A stretch of 64,000 nucleotides of DNA from the human T2T-CHM13v2.0 reference genome, Homo sapiens. The notes beneath the pieces are model-generated. The model saw nothing but the letters and a program-made list of their open reading frames with translations, searched no databases and was not told where the DNA came from. The DNA is taken from NCBI RefSeq assembly GCF_009914755.1, contig NC_060925.1, one strand, 5' to 3'. Below are positions 10,601-26,700 of this stretch, in pieces. Within the stretch, counting starts at the first letter, position 1; every line of letters begins with the position of its first letter. A program made the position numbers and the translations under genes.

Positions 10601-13600
10601 AATGCAATCATCCTCGAATGGAATCGAATGGAATCATCGAATGGACTCGAATGGAATAATCATTGAACGGAATCGAATGGAATCATCATCGGATGGAAAT
10701 GAATGGAATCATCATCGAATGGAATCGAATAGAATTATGGAATGAAATCCAGTGTGATCATCATCGAATGGACCCGAATGGAATCATCATCCAACGGAAG
10801 CTAATGGAATCAACATCGAATGAATCAAATGGAAACACCATCGAATTGAAACGAATGGAATTACCATGAAATTGAAATGTATGGACTCATCCTCAAATGG
10901 ATTCGAGTGGAATCATCGAATAAAATTGATTGAAATCATCATCGAATGGAATCGAATGGTATCATTGAATGGAATCGAATGGAATCATCATCAGATGGAA
11001 ATGAAAGGAATCGTCATAGAATGGAATCGAATGGATTCATTGAATGGAATCAGATGGAATCATTGAATGGACTGGAATGGAATCATTGAATGGACTCGAA
11101 AGGGATCATTATTGAATGGAATTGAATGGAATCATCGAATGGTCTCGATTGGAATCATTATAAAATGGAATCGAATGGAATCACCAAATAGAATCGAATG
11201 GAACAATCATCGAATGGACTCAAATGGAATTATCCTCAAATGGAATTGAATGGAATTATCGAATGCAATCGAATGGAATTATCGAATGCAATCGAATAGA
11301 ATCATCGAATGGACTCGAATGGAATCATCGAATGGAATGGAATGGAACAGTCAATGAACTCGAATGGAATCATCATTGAATGGAATCGAATGGAATCATC
11401 GAGTGGAATCGAATGTAATCATCATCAAATGGAATCAAAAATAACCATCATCAAATGGAATCAAAAATAACCATCATCAATTGGTATTGAATGGAATTCT
11501 CATCAAATGGAATTCAAAGGAATCATCATCAAATGGAACCGAATGGAATCCTCATTGAATGGAAATGAAAGGGGTCATCATCTAATGGAATCGCATGGAA
11601 TCATCATCAAATGGAATCGAATGGAATCAACATCAAATGGAATCAAATGGAATAATTGAACGGAATTGAATGGAATCGTCATCGAATGAATTGAATGCAA
11701 TCATCGAATGGTCTCGAATGGAATCATCTTCAAATGGAATGGAATGGAATCATCGCATAGAATCGAAAGGAATTATCATCGAATGGAATCGAATGGAATC
11801 AACACCAAACGGAAAAAAACGGAATTATCGAATGGAATCGAAGAGAATCATCGAATGGACCCGAATGGAATCATCTAATGGAATGGAATGGAATAATCCA
11901 TGGACTCGAATGCAATCATCATCGAATGGAATCGAATGGAATCATCCAATGGACTCGAATGGAATAATCATTGAACGGAATCGAATGGAATCATCATCGG
12001 ATGGAAATGAATGGAATCATCATCGAATGGAATCGAATAGAATTATGGAATGAAATCCAGTGTGATCATCATCGAATGGACCCGAATGGAATCATCATCC
12101 AATGGATGCTAATGGAATCAACATCGAATGAATCAAATGGAAACACCATCGAATTGAAACGAATGGAATTACCATGAAATTGAAATGGATGGACTCATCA
12201 TCGAATGGATTCGAAAGGAATCATCGAATAAAATTGATTGAAATCATCATCGAATGGAATCGAATGGTATCATTGAATGGAATCGAATGGAATCATCATC
12301 AGATGGAAATGAATGGAATCGTCATAGAATGGAATCGAATGGATTCATTGAATGGAATCAGATGGAATCATCGAATGGACTGGAATGGAATCATTGAATG
12401 GACTCGAAAGGGATCATTATTGAATGGAATTGAATGGAATCATCGAATGGTCTCGATTGGAATCATTATAAAATGGAATCGAATGGAATCACCGAATAGA
12501 ATCGAATGGAACAATCATCGAATGGACTCAAATGGAATTATCCTCAAATGGAATTGAATGGAATTATCGAATGCAATCGAATGGAATTATCGAATGCAAT
12601 CGAATAGAATCATCGAATGGACTCGAATGGAATCATCGAATGGAATGGAATGGAACAGTCAATGAACTCGAATGGAATCATCATTGAATGGAATCGAATG
12701 GAATCATCGAGTGGAATCGAATGTAATCATCATCAAATGGAATCAAAAATAACCATCATCAAATGGAATCAAAAATAACCATCATCAATTGGTATTGAAT
12801 GGAATTCTCATCAAATGGAATTCAAAGGAATCATCATCAAATGGAACCGAATGGAATCCTCATTGAATGGAAATGAAAGGGGTCATCATCTAATGGAATC
12901 GCATGGAATCATCATCAAATGGAATCGAATGGAATCAACATCAAATGGAATCAAATGGAATCATTGAACGGAATTGAATGGAATCGTCATCGAATGAATT
13001 GAATGCAATCATCGAATGGTCTCGAATGGAATCATCTTCAAATGGAATGGAATGGAATCATCGCATAGAATCGAATGGAATTTTCATCGAATGGAATCGA
13101 ATGGAATCAACATCAAACGGAAAAAAACGGAATTATCGAATGGAATCGAAGAGAATCACCGAATGGACCCGAATGGAATCATCTAATGGAATGGAATGGA
13201 ATAATCCATGGACTCGAATGCAATCATCATCGAATGGAATCGAATGGAATCATCGAATGGACTCGAATGGAATAATCATTGAACGGAATCGAATGGAATC
13301 ATCATCGGATGGAAATGAATGGAATCATCATCGAATGGAATCGAATAGAATTATGGAATGAAATCCAGTGTGATCATCATCGAATGGACCCGAATGGAAT
13401 CATCATCCAACGGAAGCTAATGGAATCAACATCGAATGAAACGAATGGAAACACCATCGAATTGAAACGAATGGAATTACCATGAAATTGAAATGGATGG
13501 ACTCATCCTCAAATGGATTCGAGTGGAATCATCGAATAAAATTGATTGAAATCATCATCGAATGGAATCGAATGGTATCATTGAATGGAATCGAATGGAA

Positions 13601-16600
13601 TCATCATCAGATGGAAATGAAAGGAATCGTCATAGAATGGAATCGAATGGATTCATTGAATGGAATCAGATGGAATCATTGAATGGACTGGAATGGAATC
13701 ATTGAATGGACTCGAAAGGGATCATTATTGAATGGAATTGAATGGAATCATCGAATGGTCTCGATTGGAATCATTATCAAATGGAATCGAATGGAATCAC
13801 CGAATAGAATCGAATGGAACAATCATTGAATGGACTCAAATGGAATTATCCTCAAATGGAATGGAATGGAATTATCGAATGCAATCGAATGGAATTATCG
13901 AATGCAATCGAATAGAATCATCGAATGGACTCGAATGGAATCATCGAATGGAATGGAATGGAACAGTCAATAAACTCGAATGGAATCATCATTGAATGGA
14001 ATCGAATGGAATCATCGAGTGGAATCGAATGGAATTATGATCAAATGGAATCGAATGTAATCATCATCAAATGGAATCAAAAATAACCATCATCAATTGG
14101 TATTGAATGGAATTGTCATCAAATGGAATTCAAAGGAATCATCATCAAATGGAACCGAATGGAATCCTCATTGAATGGAAATGAAAGGGGTCATCATCTA
14201 ATGGAATCGCATGGAATCATCATCAAATGGAATCGAATGGAATCATCATCAAATGGAATCTAATGGAATCATTGAAAGAATTGAATGGAATCGTCATCGA
14301 ATGAATTGAATGCAATCATCGAATGGTCTCGAATGGAATCATCTTCTAATGGAAAGGAATGGAATCATCGCATAGAATCGAATGGAATTATCATCGAATG
14401 GAATCGAATGGTATCAACACCAAACGGAAAAAAACGGAATTATCGAATGGAATCGAAGAGAATCTTCGAACGGACCCGAATGGAATCATCTAATGGAATG
14501 GAATGGAATAATCCATGGACTCGAATGCAATCATCATCGAATGGAATCGAATGGAATCATCGAATGGACTCGAATGGAATAATCATTGAACGGAATCGAA
14601 TGGAATCATCATCGGATGGAAACGAATGGAATCATCATCGAATGGAAATGAAAGGAGTCATCATCTAATGGAATTGCATGGAATCATCATCAAATGGAAT
14701 CGAATGGAATCAACATCAAATGGAATCAAATGGAATCATTGAACGGAATTGAATGGAATCGTCATCGAATGAATTGAATGCAATCATCGAATGGTCTCGA
14801 ATGGAATCATCTTCAAATGGAATGGAATGGAATCATCGCATAGAATCGAATGGAATTATCATCGAATGGAATCGAATGGAATCAACATCAAACGGAAAAA
14901 AACGGAATTATCGAATGGAATCGAAGAGAATCATCGAATGGACCCGAATGGAATCATCTAATGGAATGGAATGGAATAATCCATGGACTCGAATGCAATC
15001 ATCATCAAATGGAATCGAATGGAATCATCGAATGGACTCGAATGGAATAATCATTGAACGGAATCGAATGGAATCATCATCGGATGGAAATGAATGGAAT
15101 CATCATCGAATGGAATCGAATAGAATTATGGAATGAAATCCAGTGTGATCATCATCGAATGGACCCGAATGGAATCATCATCCAACGGAAGCTAATGGAA
15201 TCAACATCGAATGAATCAAATGGAAACACCATCGAATTGAAACGAATGGAATTACCATGAAATTGAAATGGATGGACTCATCCTCAAATGGATTCGAGTG
15301 GAATCATCGAATAAAATTGATTGAAATCATCATCGAATGGAATCGAATGGTATCATTGAATGGAATCGAATGGAATCATCATCAGATGGAAATGAAAGGA
15401 ATCGTCATAGAATGGAATCGAATGGATTCATTGAATGGAATCAGATGGAATCATGGAATGGACTGGAATGGAATCATTGAATGGACTCGAAAGGGATCAT
15501 TATTGAATGGAATTGAATGGAATCATCGAATGGTCTCGATTGGAATCATTATCAAATGGAATCGAATGGAATCACCAAATAGAATCGAATGGAACAATCA
15601 TCGAATGGACTCAAATGGAATTATCCTCAAATGGAATTGAATGGAATTATCGAATGCAATCGAATGGAATTATCGAATGCAATCGAATAGAATCATCGAA
15701 TGGACTCGAATGGAATCATCGAATGGAATGGAATGGAACAGTCAATGAACTCGAATGGAATCATCATTGAATGGAATCGAATGGAATCATCGAGTGGAAT
15801 CGAATGTAATCATCATCAAATGGAATCAAAAATAACCATCATCAAATGGAATCAAAAATAACCATCATCAATTGGTATTGAATGGAATTCTCATCAAATG
15901 GAATTCAAAGGAATCATCATCAAATGGAACCGAATGGAATCCTCATTGAATGGAAATGAAAGGGGTCATCATCTAATGGAATCGCATGGAATCATCATCA
16001 AATGGAATCGAATGGAATCAACATCAAATGGAATCAAATGGAATCATTGAACGGAATTGAATGGAATCGTCATCGAATGAATTGAATGCAATCATCGAAT
16101 GGTCTCGAATGGAATCATCTTCAAATGGAATGGAATGGAATCATCGCATAGAATCGAATGGAATTTTCATCGAATGGAATCGAATGGAATCAACATCAAA
16201 CGGAAAAAAACGGAATTATCGAATGGAATCGAAGAGAATCACCGAATGGACCCGAATGGAATCATCTAATGGAATAGAATGGAATAATCCATGGACTCGA
16301 ATGCAATCATCATCGAATGGAATCGAATGGAATCATCGAATGGACTCGAATGGAATAATCATTGAACGGAATCGAATGGAATCATCATCGGATGGAAATG
16401 AATGGAATCATCATCGAATGGAATCGAATAGAATTATGGAATGAAATCCAGTGTGATCATCATCGAATGGACCCGAATGGAATCATCATCCAACGGAAGC
16501 TAATGGAATCAACATCGAATGAATCAAATGGAAACACCATCGAATTGAAACGAATGGAATTACCATGAAATTGAAATGGATGGACTCATGCTCAAATGGA

Positions 16601-19600
16601 TTCGAGTGGAATCATCGAATAAAATTGATTGAAATCATCATCGAATGGAATCGAATGGTATCATTGAATGGAATCGAATGGAATCATCATCAGATGGAAA
16701 TGAAAGGAATCGTCATAGAATGGAATCGAATGGATTCATTGAATGGAATCAGATGGAATCATTGAATGGACTGGAATGGAATCATTGAATGGACTCGAAA
16801 GGGATCATTATTGAATGGAATTGAATGGAATCATCGAATGGTCTCGATTGGAATCATTATCAAATGGAATCGAATGGAATCACCGAATAGAATCGAATGG
16901 AACAATCATCGAATGGACTCAAATGGAATTATCCTCAAATGGAATCGAATGGAATTATCGAATGCAATCGAATGGAATTATCGAATGCAATCGAATAGAA
17001 TCATCGAATGGACTCGAATGGAATCATCGAATGGAATGGAATGGAACAGTCAATAAACTCGAATGGAATCATCATTGAATGGAATCGAATGGAATCATCG
17101 AGTGGAATCGAATGGAATTATGATCAAATGGAATCGAATGTAATCATCATCAAATGGAATCAAAAATAACCATCATCAATTGGTATTGAATGGAATTGTC
17201 ATCAAATGGAATTCAAAGGAATCATCATCAAATGGAACCGAATGGAATCCTCATTGAATGGAAATGAAAGGGGTCATCATCTAATGGAATCGCATGGAAT
17301 CATCATCAAATGGAATCGAATGGAATCATCATCAAATGGAATCTAATGGAATCATTGAAAGAATTGAATGGAATCATCATCGAATGAATTGAATGCAATC
17401 ATCGAATGGTCTCGAATGGAATCATCTTCTAATGGAAAGGAATGGAATCATCGCATAGAATCGAATGGAATTATCATCGAATGGAATCGAATGGTATCAA
17501 CACCAAACGGAAAAAAACGGAATTATCGAATGGAATCGAAGAGAATCTTCGAACGGACCCGAATGGAATCATCTAATGGAATGGAATGGAATAATCCATG
17601 GACTCGAATGCAATCATCATCGAATGGAATCGAATGGAATCATCGAATGGACTCGAATGGAATAATCATTGAACGGAATCGAATGGAATCATCATCGGAT
17701 GGAAACGAATGGAATCATCATCGAATGGAAATGAAAGGAGTCATCATCTAATGGAATTGCATGGAATCATCATCAAATGGAATCGAATGGAATCAACATC
17801 AAATGGAATCAAATGGAATCATTGAACGGAATTGAATGGAATCGTCATCGAATGAATTGAATGCAATCATCGAATGGTCTCGAATGGAATCATCTTCAAA
17901 TGGAATGGAATGGAATCATCGCATAGAATCGAATGGAATTATCATCGAATGGAATCGAATGGAATCAACATCAAACGGAAAAAAACGGAATTATCGAATG
18001 GAATCGAAGAGAATCATCGAATGGACCCGAATGGAATCATCTAATGGAATGGAATGGAATAATCCATGGACTCGAATGCAATCATCATCAAATGGAATCG
18101 AATGGAATCATCGAATGGACTCGAATGGAATAATCATTGAACGGAATCGAATGGAATCATCATCGGATGGAAATGAATGGAATCATCATCGAATGGAATC
18201 GAATAGAATTATGGAATGAAATCCAGTGTGATCATCATCGAATGGACCCGAATGGAATCATCATCCAACGGAAGCTAATGGAATCAACATCGAATGAATC
18301 AAATGGAAACACCATCGAATTGAAACGAATGGAATTACCATGAAATTGAAATGGATGGACTCATCCTCAAATGGATTCGAGTGGAATCATCGAATAAAAT
18401 TGATTGAAATCATCATCGAATGGAATCGAATGGTATCATTGAATGGAATCGAATGGAATCATCATCAGATGGAAATGAAAGGAATCGTCATAGAATGGAA
18501 TCGAATGGATTCATTGAATGGAATCAGATGGAATCATGGAATGGACTGGAATGGAATCATTGAATGGACTCGAAAGGGATCATGATTGAATGGAATTGAA
18601 TGGAATCATCGAATGGTCTCGATTGGAATCATTATAAAATGGAATCGAATGGAATCACCAAATAGAATCGAATGGAACAATCATCGAATGGACTCAAATG
18701 GAATTATCCTCAAATGGAATTGAATGGAATTATCGAATGCAATCGAATGGAATTATCGAATGCAATCGAATAGAATCATCGAATGGACTCGAATGGAATC
18801 ATCGAATGGAATGGAATGGAACAGTCAATAAACTCGAATGGAATCATCATTGAATGGAATCGAATGGAATCATCGAGTGGAATCGAATGGAATTATGATC
18901 AAATGGAATCGAATGTAATCATCATCAAATGGAATCAAAAATAACCATCATCAATTGGTATTGAATGGAATTGTCATCAAATGGAATTCAAAGGAATCAT
19001 CATCAAATGGAACCGAATGGAATCCTCATTGAATGGAAATGAAAGGGGTCATCATCTAATGGAATCGCATGGAATCATCATCAAATGGAATCGAATGGAA
19101 TCGTCATCAAATGGAATCTAATGGAATCATTGAAAGAATTGAATGGAATCATCATCGAATGAATTGAATGCAATCATCGAATGGTCTCGAATGGAATCAT
19201 CTTCTAATGGAAAGGAATGGAATCATCGCATAGAATCGAATGGAATTATCATCGAATGGAATCGAATGGTATCAACACCAAACGGAAAAAAACGGAATTA
19301 TTGAATGGAATCGAAGAGAATCTTCGAACGGACCCGAATGGAATCATCTAATGGAATGGAATGGAATAATCCATGGACTCGAATGCAATCATCATCGAAT
19401 GGAATCGAATGGAATCATTGAATGGACTCGAATGGAATAATCATTGAACGGAATCGAATGGAATCATCATCGGATGGAAACGAATGGAATCATCATCGAA
19501 TGGAAATGAAAGGAGTCATCATCTAATGGAATTGCATGGAATCATCATCAAATGGAATCGAATGGAATCAACATCAAATGGAATCAAATGGAATCATTGA

Positions 19601-22600
19601 ACGGAATTGAATGGAATCGTCATCGAATGAATTGAATGCAATCATCGAATGGTCTCGAATGGAATCATCTTCAAATGGAATGGAATGGAATCATCGCATA
19701 GAATCGAATGGAATTATCATCGAATGGAATCGAATGGAATCAACATCAAACGGAAAAAAACGGAATTATCGAATGGAATCGAAGAGAATCATCGAATGGA
19801 CCCGAATGGAATCATCTAATGGAATGGAATGGAATAATCCATGGACTCGAATGCAATCATCCTCGAATGGAATCGAATGGAATCATCGAATGGACTCGAA
19901 TGGAATAATCATTGAACGGAATCGAATGGAATCATCATCGGATGGAAATGAATGGAATCATCATCGAATGGAATCGAATAGAATTATGGAATGAAATCCA
20001 GTGTGATCATCATCGAATGGACCCGAATGGAATCATCATCCAACGGAAGCTAATGGAATCAACATCGAATGAATCAAATGGAAACACCATCGAATTGAAA
20101 CGAATGGAATTACCATGAAATTGAAATGTATGGACTCATCCTCAAATGGATTCGAGTGGAATCATCGAATAAAATTGATTGAAATCATCATCGAATGGAA
20201 TCGAATGGTATCATTGAATGGAATCGAATGGAATCATCATCAGATGGAAATGAAAGGAATCGTCATAGAATGGAATCGAATGGATTCATTGAATGGAATC
20301 AGATGGAATCATTGAATGGACTGGAATGGAATCATTGAATGGACTCGAAAGGGATCATTATTGAATGGAATTGAATGGAATCATCGAATGGTCTCGATTG
20401 GAATCATTATAAAATGGAATCGAATGGAATCACCAAATAGAATCGAATGGAACAATCATCGAATGGACTCAAATGGAATTATCCTCAAATGGAATTGAAT
20501 GGAATTATCGAATGCAATCGAATGGAATTATCGAATGCAATCGAATAGAATCATCGAATGGACTCGAATGGAATCATCGAATGGAATGGAATGGAACAGT
20601 CAATGAACTCGAATGGAATCATCATTGAATGGAATCGAATGGAATCATCGAGTGGAATCGAATGTAATCATCATCAAATGGAATCAAAAATAACCATCAT
20701 CAAATGGAATCAAAAATAACCATCATCAATTGGTATTGAATGGAATTCTCATCAAATGGAATTCAAAGGAATCATCATCAAATGGAACCGAATGGAATCC
20801 TCATTGAATGGAAATGAAAGGGGTCATCATCTAATGGAATCGCATGGAATCATCATCAAATGGAATCGAATGGAATCAACATCAAATGGAATCAAATGGA
20901 ATAATTGAACGGAATTGAATGGAATCGTCATCGAATGAATTGAATGCAATCATCGAATGGTCTCGAATGGAATCATCTTCAAATGGAATGGAATGGAATC
21001 ATCGCATAGAATCGAAAGGAATTATCATCGAATGGAATCGAATGGAATCAACACCAAACGGAAAAAAACGGAATTATCGAATGGAATCGAAGAGAATCAT
21101 CGAATGGACCCGAATGGAATCATCTAATGGAATGGAATGGAATAATCCATGGACTCGAATGCAATCATCATCGAATGGAATCGAATGGAATCATCCAATG
21201 GACTCGAATGGAATAATCATTGAACGGAATCGAATGGAATCATCATCGGATGGAAATGAATGGAATCATCATCGAATGGAATCGAATAGAATTATGGAAT
21301 GAAATCCAGTGTGATCATCATCGAATGGACCCGAATGGAATCATCATCCAATGGATGCTAATGGAATCAACATCGAATGAATCAAATGGAAACACCATCG
21401 AATTGAAACGAATGGAATTACCATGAAATTGAAATGGATGGACTCATCATCGAATGGATTCGAAAGGAATCATCGAATAAAATTGATTGAAATCATCATC
21501 GAATGGAATCGAATGGTATCATTGAATGGAATCGAATGGAATCATCATCAGATGGAAATGAATGGAATCGTCATAGAATGGAATCGAATGGATTCATTGA
21601 ATGGAATCAGATGGAATCATCGAATGGACTGGAATGGAATCATTGAATGGACTCGAAAGGGATCATTATTGAATGGAATTGAATGGAATCATCGAATGGT
21701 CTCGATTGGAATCATTATAAAATGGAATCGAATGGAATCACCGAATAGAATCGAATGGAACAATCATCGAATGGACTCAAATGGAATTATCCTCAAATGG
21801 AATTGAATGGAATTATCGAATGCAATCGAATGGAATTATCGAATGCAATCGAATAGAATCATCGAATGGACTCGAATGGAATCATCGAATGGAATGGAAT
21901 GGAACAGTCAATGAACTCGAATGGAATCATCATTGAATGGAATCGAATGGAATCATCGAGTGGAATCGAATGTAATCATCATCAAATGGAATCAAAAATA
22001 ACCATCATCAAATGGAATCAAAAATAACCATCATCAATTGGTATTGAATGGAATTGTCATCAAATGGAATTCAAAGGAATCATCATCAAATGGAACCGAA
22101 TGGAATCCTCATTGAATGGAAATGAAAGGGGTCATCATCTAATGGAATCGCATGGAATCATCATCAAATGGAATCGAATGGAATCAACATCAAATGGAAT
22201 CAAATGGAATCATTGAACGGAATTGAATGGAATCGTCATCGAATGAATTGAATGCAATCATCGAATGGTCTCGAATGGAATCATCTTCAAATGGAATGGA
22301 ATGGAATCATCGCATAGAATCGAATGGAATTTTCATCGAATGGAATCGAATGGAGTCAACATCAAACGGAAAAAAACGGAATTATCGAATGGAATCGAAG
22401 AGAATCACCGAATGGACCCGAATGGAATCATCTAATGGAATGGAATGGAATAATCCATGGACTCGAATGCAATCATCATCGAATGGAATCGAATGGAATC
22501 ATCGAATGGACTCGAATGGAATAATCATTGAACGGAATCGAATGGAATCATCATCGGATGGAAATGAATGGAATCATCATCGAATGGAATCGAATAGAAT

Positions 22601-22930
22601 TATGGAATGAAATCCAGTGTGATCATCATCGAATGGACCCGAATGGAATCATCATCCAACGGAAGCTAATGGAATCAACATCGAATGAAACGAATGGAAA
22701 CACCATCGAATTGAAACGAATGGAATTACCATGAAATTGAAATGGATGGACTCATCCTCAAATGGATTCGAGTGGAATCATCGAATAAAATTGATTGAAA
22801 TCATCATCGAATGGAATCGAATGGTATCATTGAATGGAATCGAATGGAATCATCATCAGATGGAAATGAAAGGAATCGTCATAGAATGGAATCGAATGGA
22901 TTCATTGAATGGAATCAGATGGAATCATGG
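7700..22930 (+). repeat. Young homogenised block: 6166-bp higher-order unit (1775+1775+1308+1308) arranged as full / internally deleted / full copies
   Basis: Rare variants match at offset 9249 (10052/19301, 10612/19861, 11767/21016, 13441/22690). They also match at offset 6166 (8119/14285, 8684/14850, 9091/15257) and at offset 3083 (12978/16061). Confidence 0.85.
11557..12864 (+). repeat. Representative 1308-bp A-B unit (single A module)
   Basis: A register 11670 to 12978 and B register 10866 to 12174 to 13482 are each 1308 bp. Confidence 0.92.
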
Positions 22931-23729
22931 AATGGACTGGAATGGAATCATTGAATGGACTCGAAAGGGATCATTATTGAATGGAATTGAATGGAATCAT
23001 CGAATGGTCTCGATTGGAATCATTATCAAATGGAATCGAATGGAATCACCAAATAGAATCGAATGGAACAATCATCGAATGGACTCAAATGGAATTATCC
23101 TCAAATGGAATTGAATGGAATTATCGAATGCAATCGAATGGAATTATCGAATGCAATCGAATAGAATCATCGAATGGACTCGAATGGAATCATCGAATGG
23201 AATGGAATGGAACAGTCAATGAACTCGAATGGAATCATCATTGAATGGAATCGAATGGAATCATCGAGTGGAATCGAATGGAATTATGATCAAATGGAAT
23301 TGAATGTAATCATCATCAAATGGAATCAAAAATAACCATCATCAATGGGTATTGAATGGAATTGTCATCAAATGGACTTCAAAGGAATCATCATCAAATG
23401 GAACCGAACGGAATCCTCATTGAATGGAAATGAAAGGGGTCATCATCTAATGGAATTGCATGGAATCATCATTAAATGGAATCGAATGGAATCATCATCA
23501 AATGGAATCTAATGGAATCACTGAACAGAATTGAATGGAATCATCATCGAATGAATTGAATGCAATCATCGAATGGTCTCGAATGGAATCATCTTCTAAT
23601 GGAAAGGAATGGAATCATCGCATAGAATCGAATGGAATTAACATTGAATTGATTCGAATGGAATCAACATCCAACGGAATCAAGCGAAATTATCGAATGG
23701 AATCTAAGAGAATCATCGAATGGACTCGA

Positions 23730-26700
23730 ATGGAATCATCTAATGGAATGGAATGGAATAATCCATGGACTCGAATGCAATCATCATCGAATGGAATCGA
23801 ATGGAATCATCGAATGGACTCGAATGGAATAATCATTGAACGGAATCGAATGGAATCATCATCGGATGGAAACGAATGGAATCATCATCGAATGCAAATG
23901 AAAGGAGTCATCATCTAATGGAATCGCATGGAATCATCATAAAATGGAATCGAATGGAATCAACATCAAATGGAATCAATTGGAATCATTGAACGGAATT
24001 GAATGGAATTGTCATCAAATGAATTGAATGCAATCATCGAATGGTCTCGAATGGAATCATCTTCAAATGGAATGGAATGGAATCATCGCATAGAATCGAA
24101 TGGAATTATCATCGAATGGAATCGAAAGGTATCAACATCAAACGGAAAAAAACGGAATTATCGAATGGAATCGAAGAGAATCATCGAACGGACCCGAATG
24201 GAATCATCTAATGGAAAGGAATGGAATAATCCATGGACTCGAATCCAATCATCATCGAATGGAATCGAATGGAATCATTGAAAGGACTCTAATGGAATAA
24301 TCATTTAACGGAATCGAATGGAATCATCATCGAATGGAAACTAATGGAATCATCATCGAATGGAAATGAAAGGAGTCATCTAATGGAATTGCACGGAATC
24401 AACATAAAATGGAATCGAATGGAATCAACATCAAATGGAATGAAATGGAATCATTGAACGGAATTGAATGGAATCTTCATCGAATGAATTGAATGCAATC
24501 ATCGAATGGTCTCGAATGGAATCATCTTCAAATGGAATGGAATGGAATCATCGCATAGAATCGAATGGAATTATCATCGAATGGAATCGAATGGAATCAA
24601 CATCAAACGGAAAAAAACGGAATTATCGAATGGAATCGAAGAGAATCATGGAATGGTCCCGAATGGAATCGTCTAATGGAATGGAATGGAATAATCCATG
24701 GACTCGAATGCAATCATCATCGAATGGAATCGAATGGAATCATCGAATGGACTCGAATGGAATAATCATTGAACGGAATCGAATGGAATCATCATCGGAT
24801 GGAAATGAAAGGAATCATTATCGAATGGAATCGAATAGAATTATGGAATGAAATCCAGTGTCATCATCTTCGAATGGACCCGAATGGAATCATCATCCAA
24901 CGGAAGCTAATGGAATCAACATCGAATGAATCGAATGGAAACACCATCGAATTGAAACGAGTGGAATTATCATGAAATTGAAATGGATGGACTCATCATC
25001 GAATGGATTCGAATGGAATCATCGAATAAAATTGATTGAAATCATCATCAAATGCAATCGAATGGTAGCATTGAATGGAATCGAATGGAATCATCATCAG
25101 ATGGAAATGAATGGAATCGTCATAGAATGGAATCGAATGGATTCATTGAATGGAATCAGATGGAATCTTCGAATGGACTGGAATGGAATCATTGAATGGA
25201 CTCGAAAGGGATCATGATTGAATGGAATTGAATGGAATCATCGAATGGTCTCGATTGGAATCATTATCAAATGGAATCGAATGGAATCACCGAATAGAAT
25301 CGAATGGAACAATCATCGAATGGACTCAAATGAAATTATCCTCAAGTGGAATCGAATGGAATTATCGAATGCAATCGAATGGAATTATCGAATGCAATCG
25401 AATAGAATCATCGAATGGACTCGAATGGAATCATCGAATGGAATGGAATGGAACAGTCAATGAACTCGAATGGAATCATCATTTAATGGAATCGAATGGA
25501 ATCATCGAGTAGAATCGAATGGAATTATGATCAAATGGAATCGAATGTAATCCTCATCAAATGGAATCAAAAATAACCATCATCAATTGATATTCAATGG
25601 AATTGTCATCAAATGGAATTCAAAGGTATCATCATCAAATGGAACCGAATGGAATCCTCATTGAATGGAAATGAAAGGGGTCATCATCTAATGGAATCGC
25701 ATGGAATCATCATCAAATGGAATCGAATGGAATCATCATCAAATGGAATCTAATGGAATCATTGAACAGAATTGAATGGAATCGTCATCGAATGAATTGA
25801 ATGCAATCATCGAATGGTCTCGAATGGAATCATCTTCTAATGGAAAGGAATGGAATCATCGCATAGAATCGAATGGAATTAACATTGAATGGACTCGAAT
25901 GGAATCAACATCAAACGGAATCAAGCGGAAATATCGAATGGAATCGAAGAGAATCATCGAATGGACTCGAATGGAATCATCTAATGGAATGGAATGGAAT
26001 AATCCACGGACTCGAATGCAATCATCATCGTATAGAATCGAATGGAATCATTGAATGGACTCGAATGGAATAATCATTGAACGGAATCGAATTGAATCAT
26101 CATCGGATGGAAACGAATGGAATCATCATCGAATGGAAATGAAAGGAGTCATCATCTAATGGAATTGCATGGAATCATCATCAAATGGAATCGAATGGAA
26201 TCAACATCAAATGGAATCAAATGGAATCATTGAACGGAATTGAATGGAATCGTCAACGAATGAATTGAATGCAATCATCGAATGGTCTCGAATGGAATCA
26301 TCTTCAAATGGAATGGAATGGAATCATCGCATAGAATCGAATGGAATTATCATCGAATGGAATCGAATGGAATCAACATCAAACGGAAAAAAACGGAATT
26401 ATCGAATGGAATCGAAGAGAATCATCGAACGGACCCGAATGGAATCATCTAATGGAATGGAATGGAATAATCCATGGACTCGAATGCAATCATCATCGAA
26501 TGGAATCGAATGGAATCATCGAATGGACTCGAATGGAATAATCATTGAACGGAATCGAATGGAGTCATCATCGGATGGAAACGAATGGAATCATCATCGA
26601 ATGGAAATGAAAGGATTCATCATCTAATGGAATTGCATGGAATCATCATAAAATGGAATCGAATGGAATCAACATCAAATGGAATCAAATGGAATCATTG

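Noticed and set aside
7316-13482. Similarity of the 6166-bp unit length to the ~6.1-kb chr16 HSat2B repeat
   Set aside because: The length is fully explained as 2x1775+2x1308 and the unit is only local, so this is most likely coincidence.
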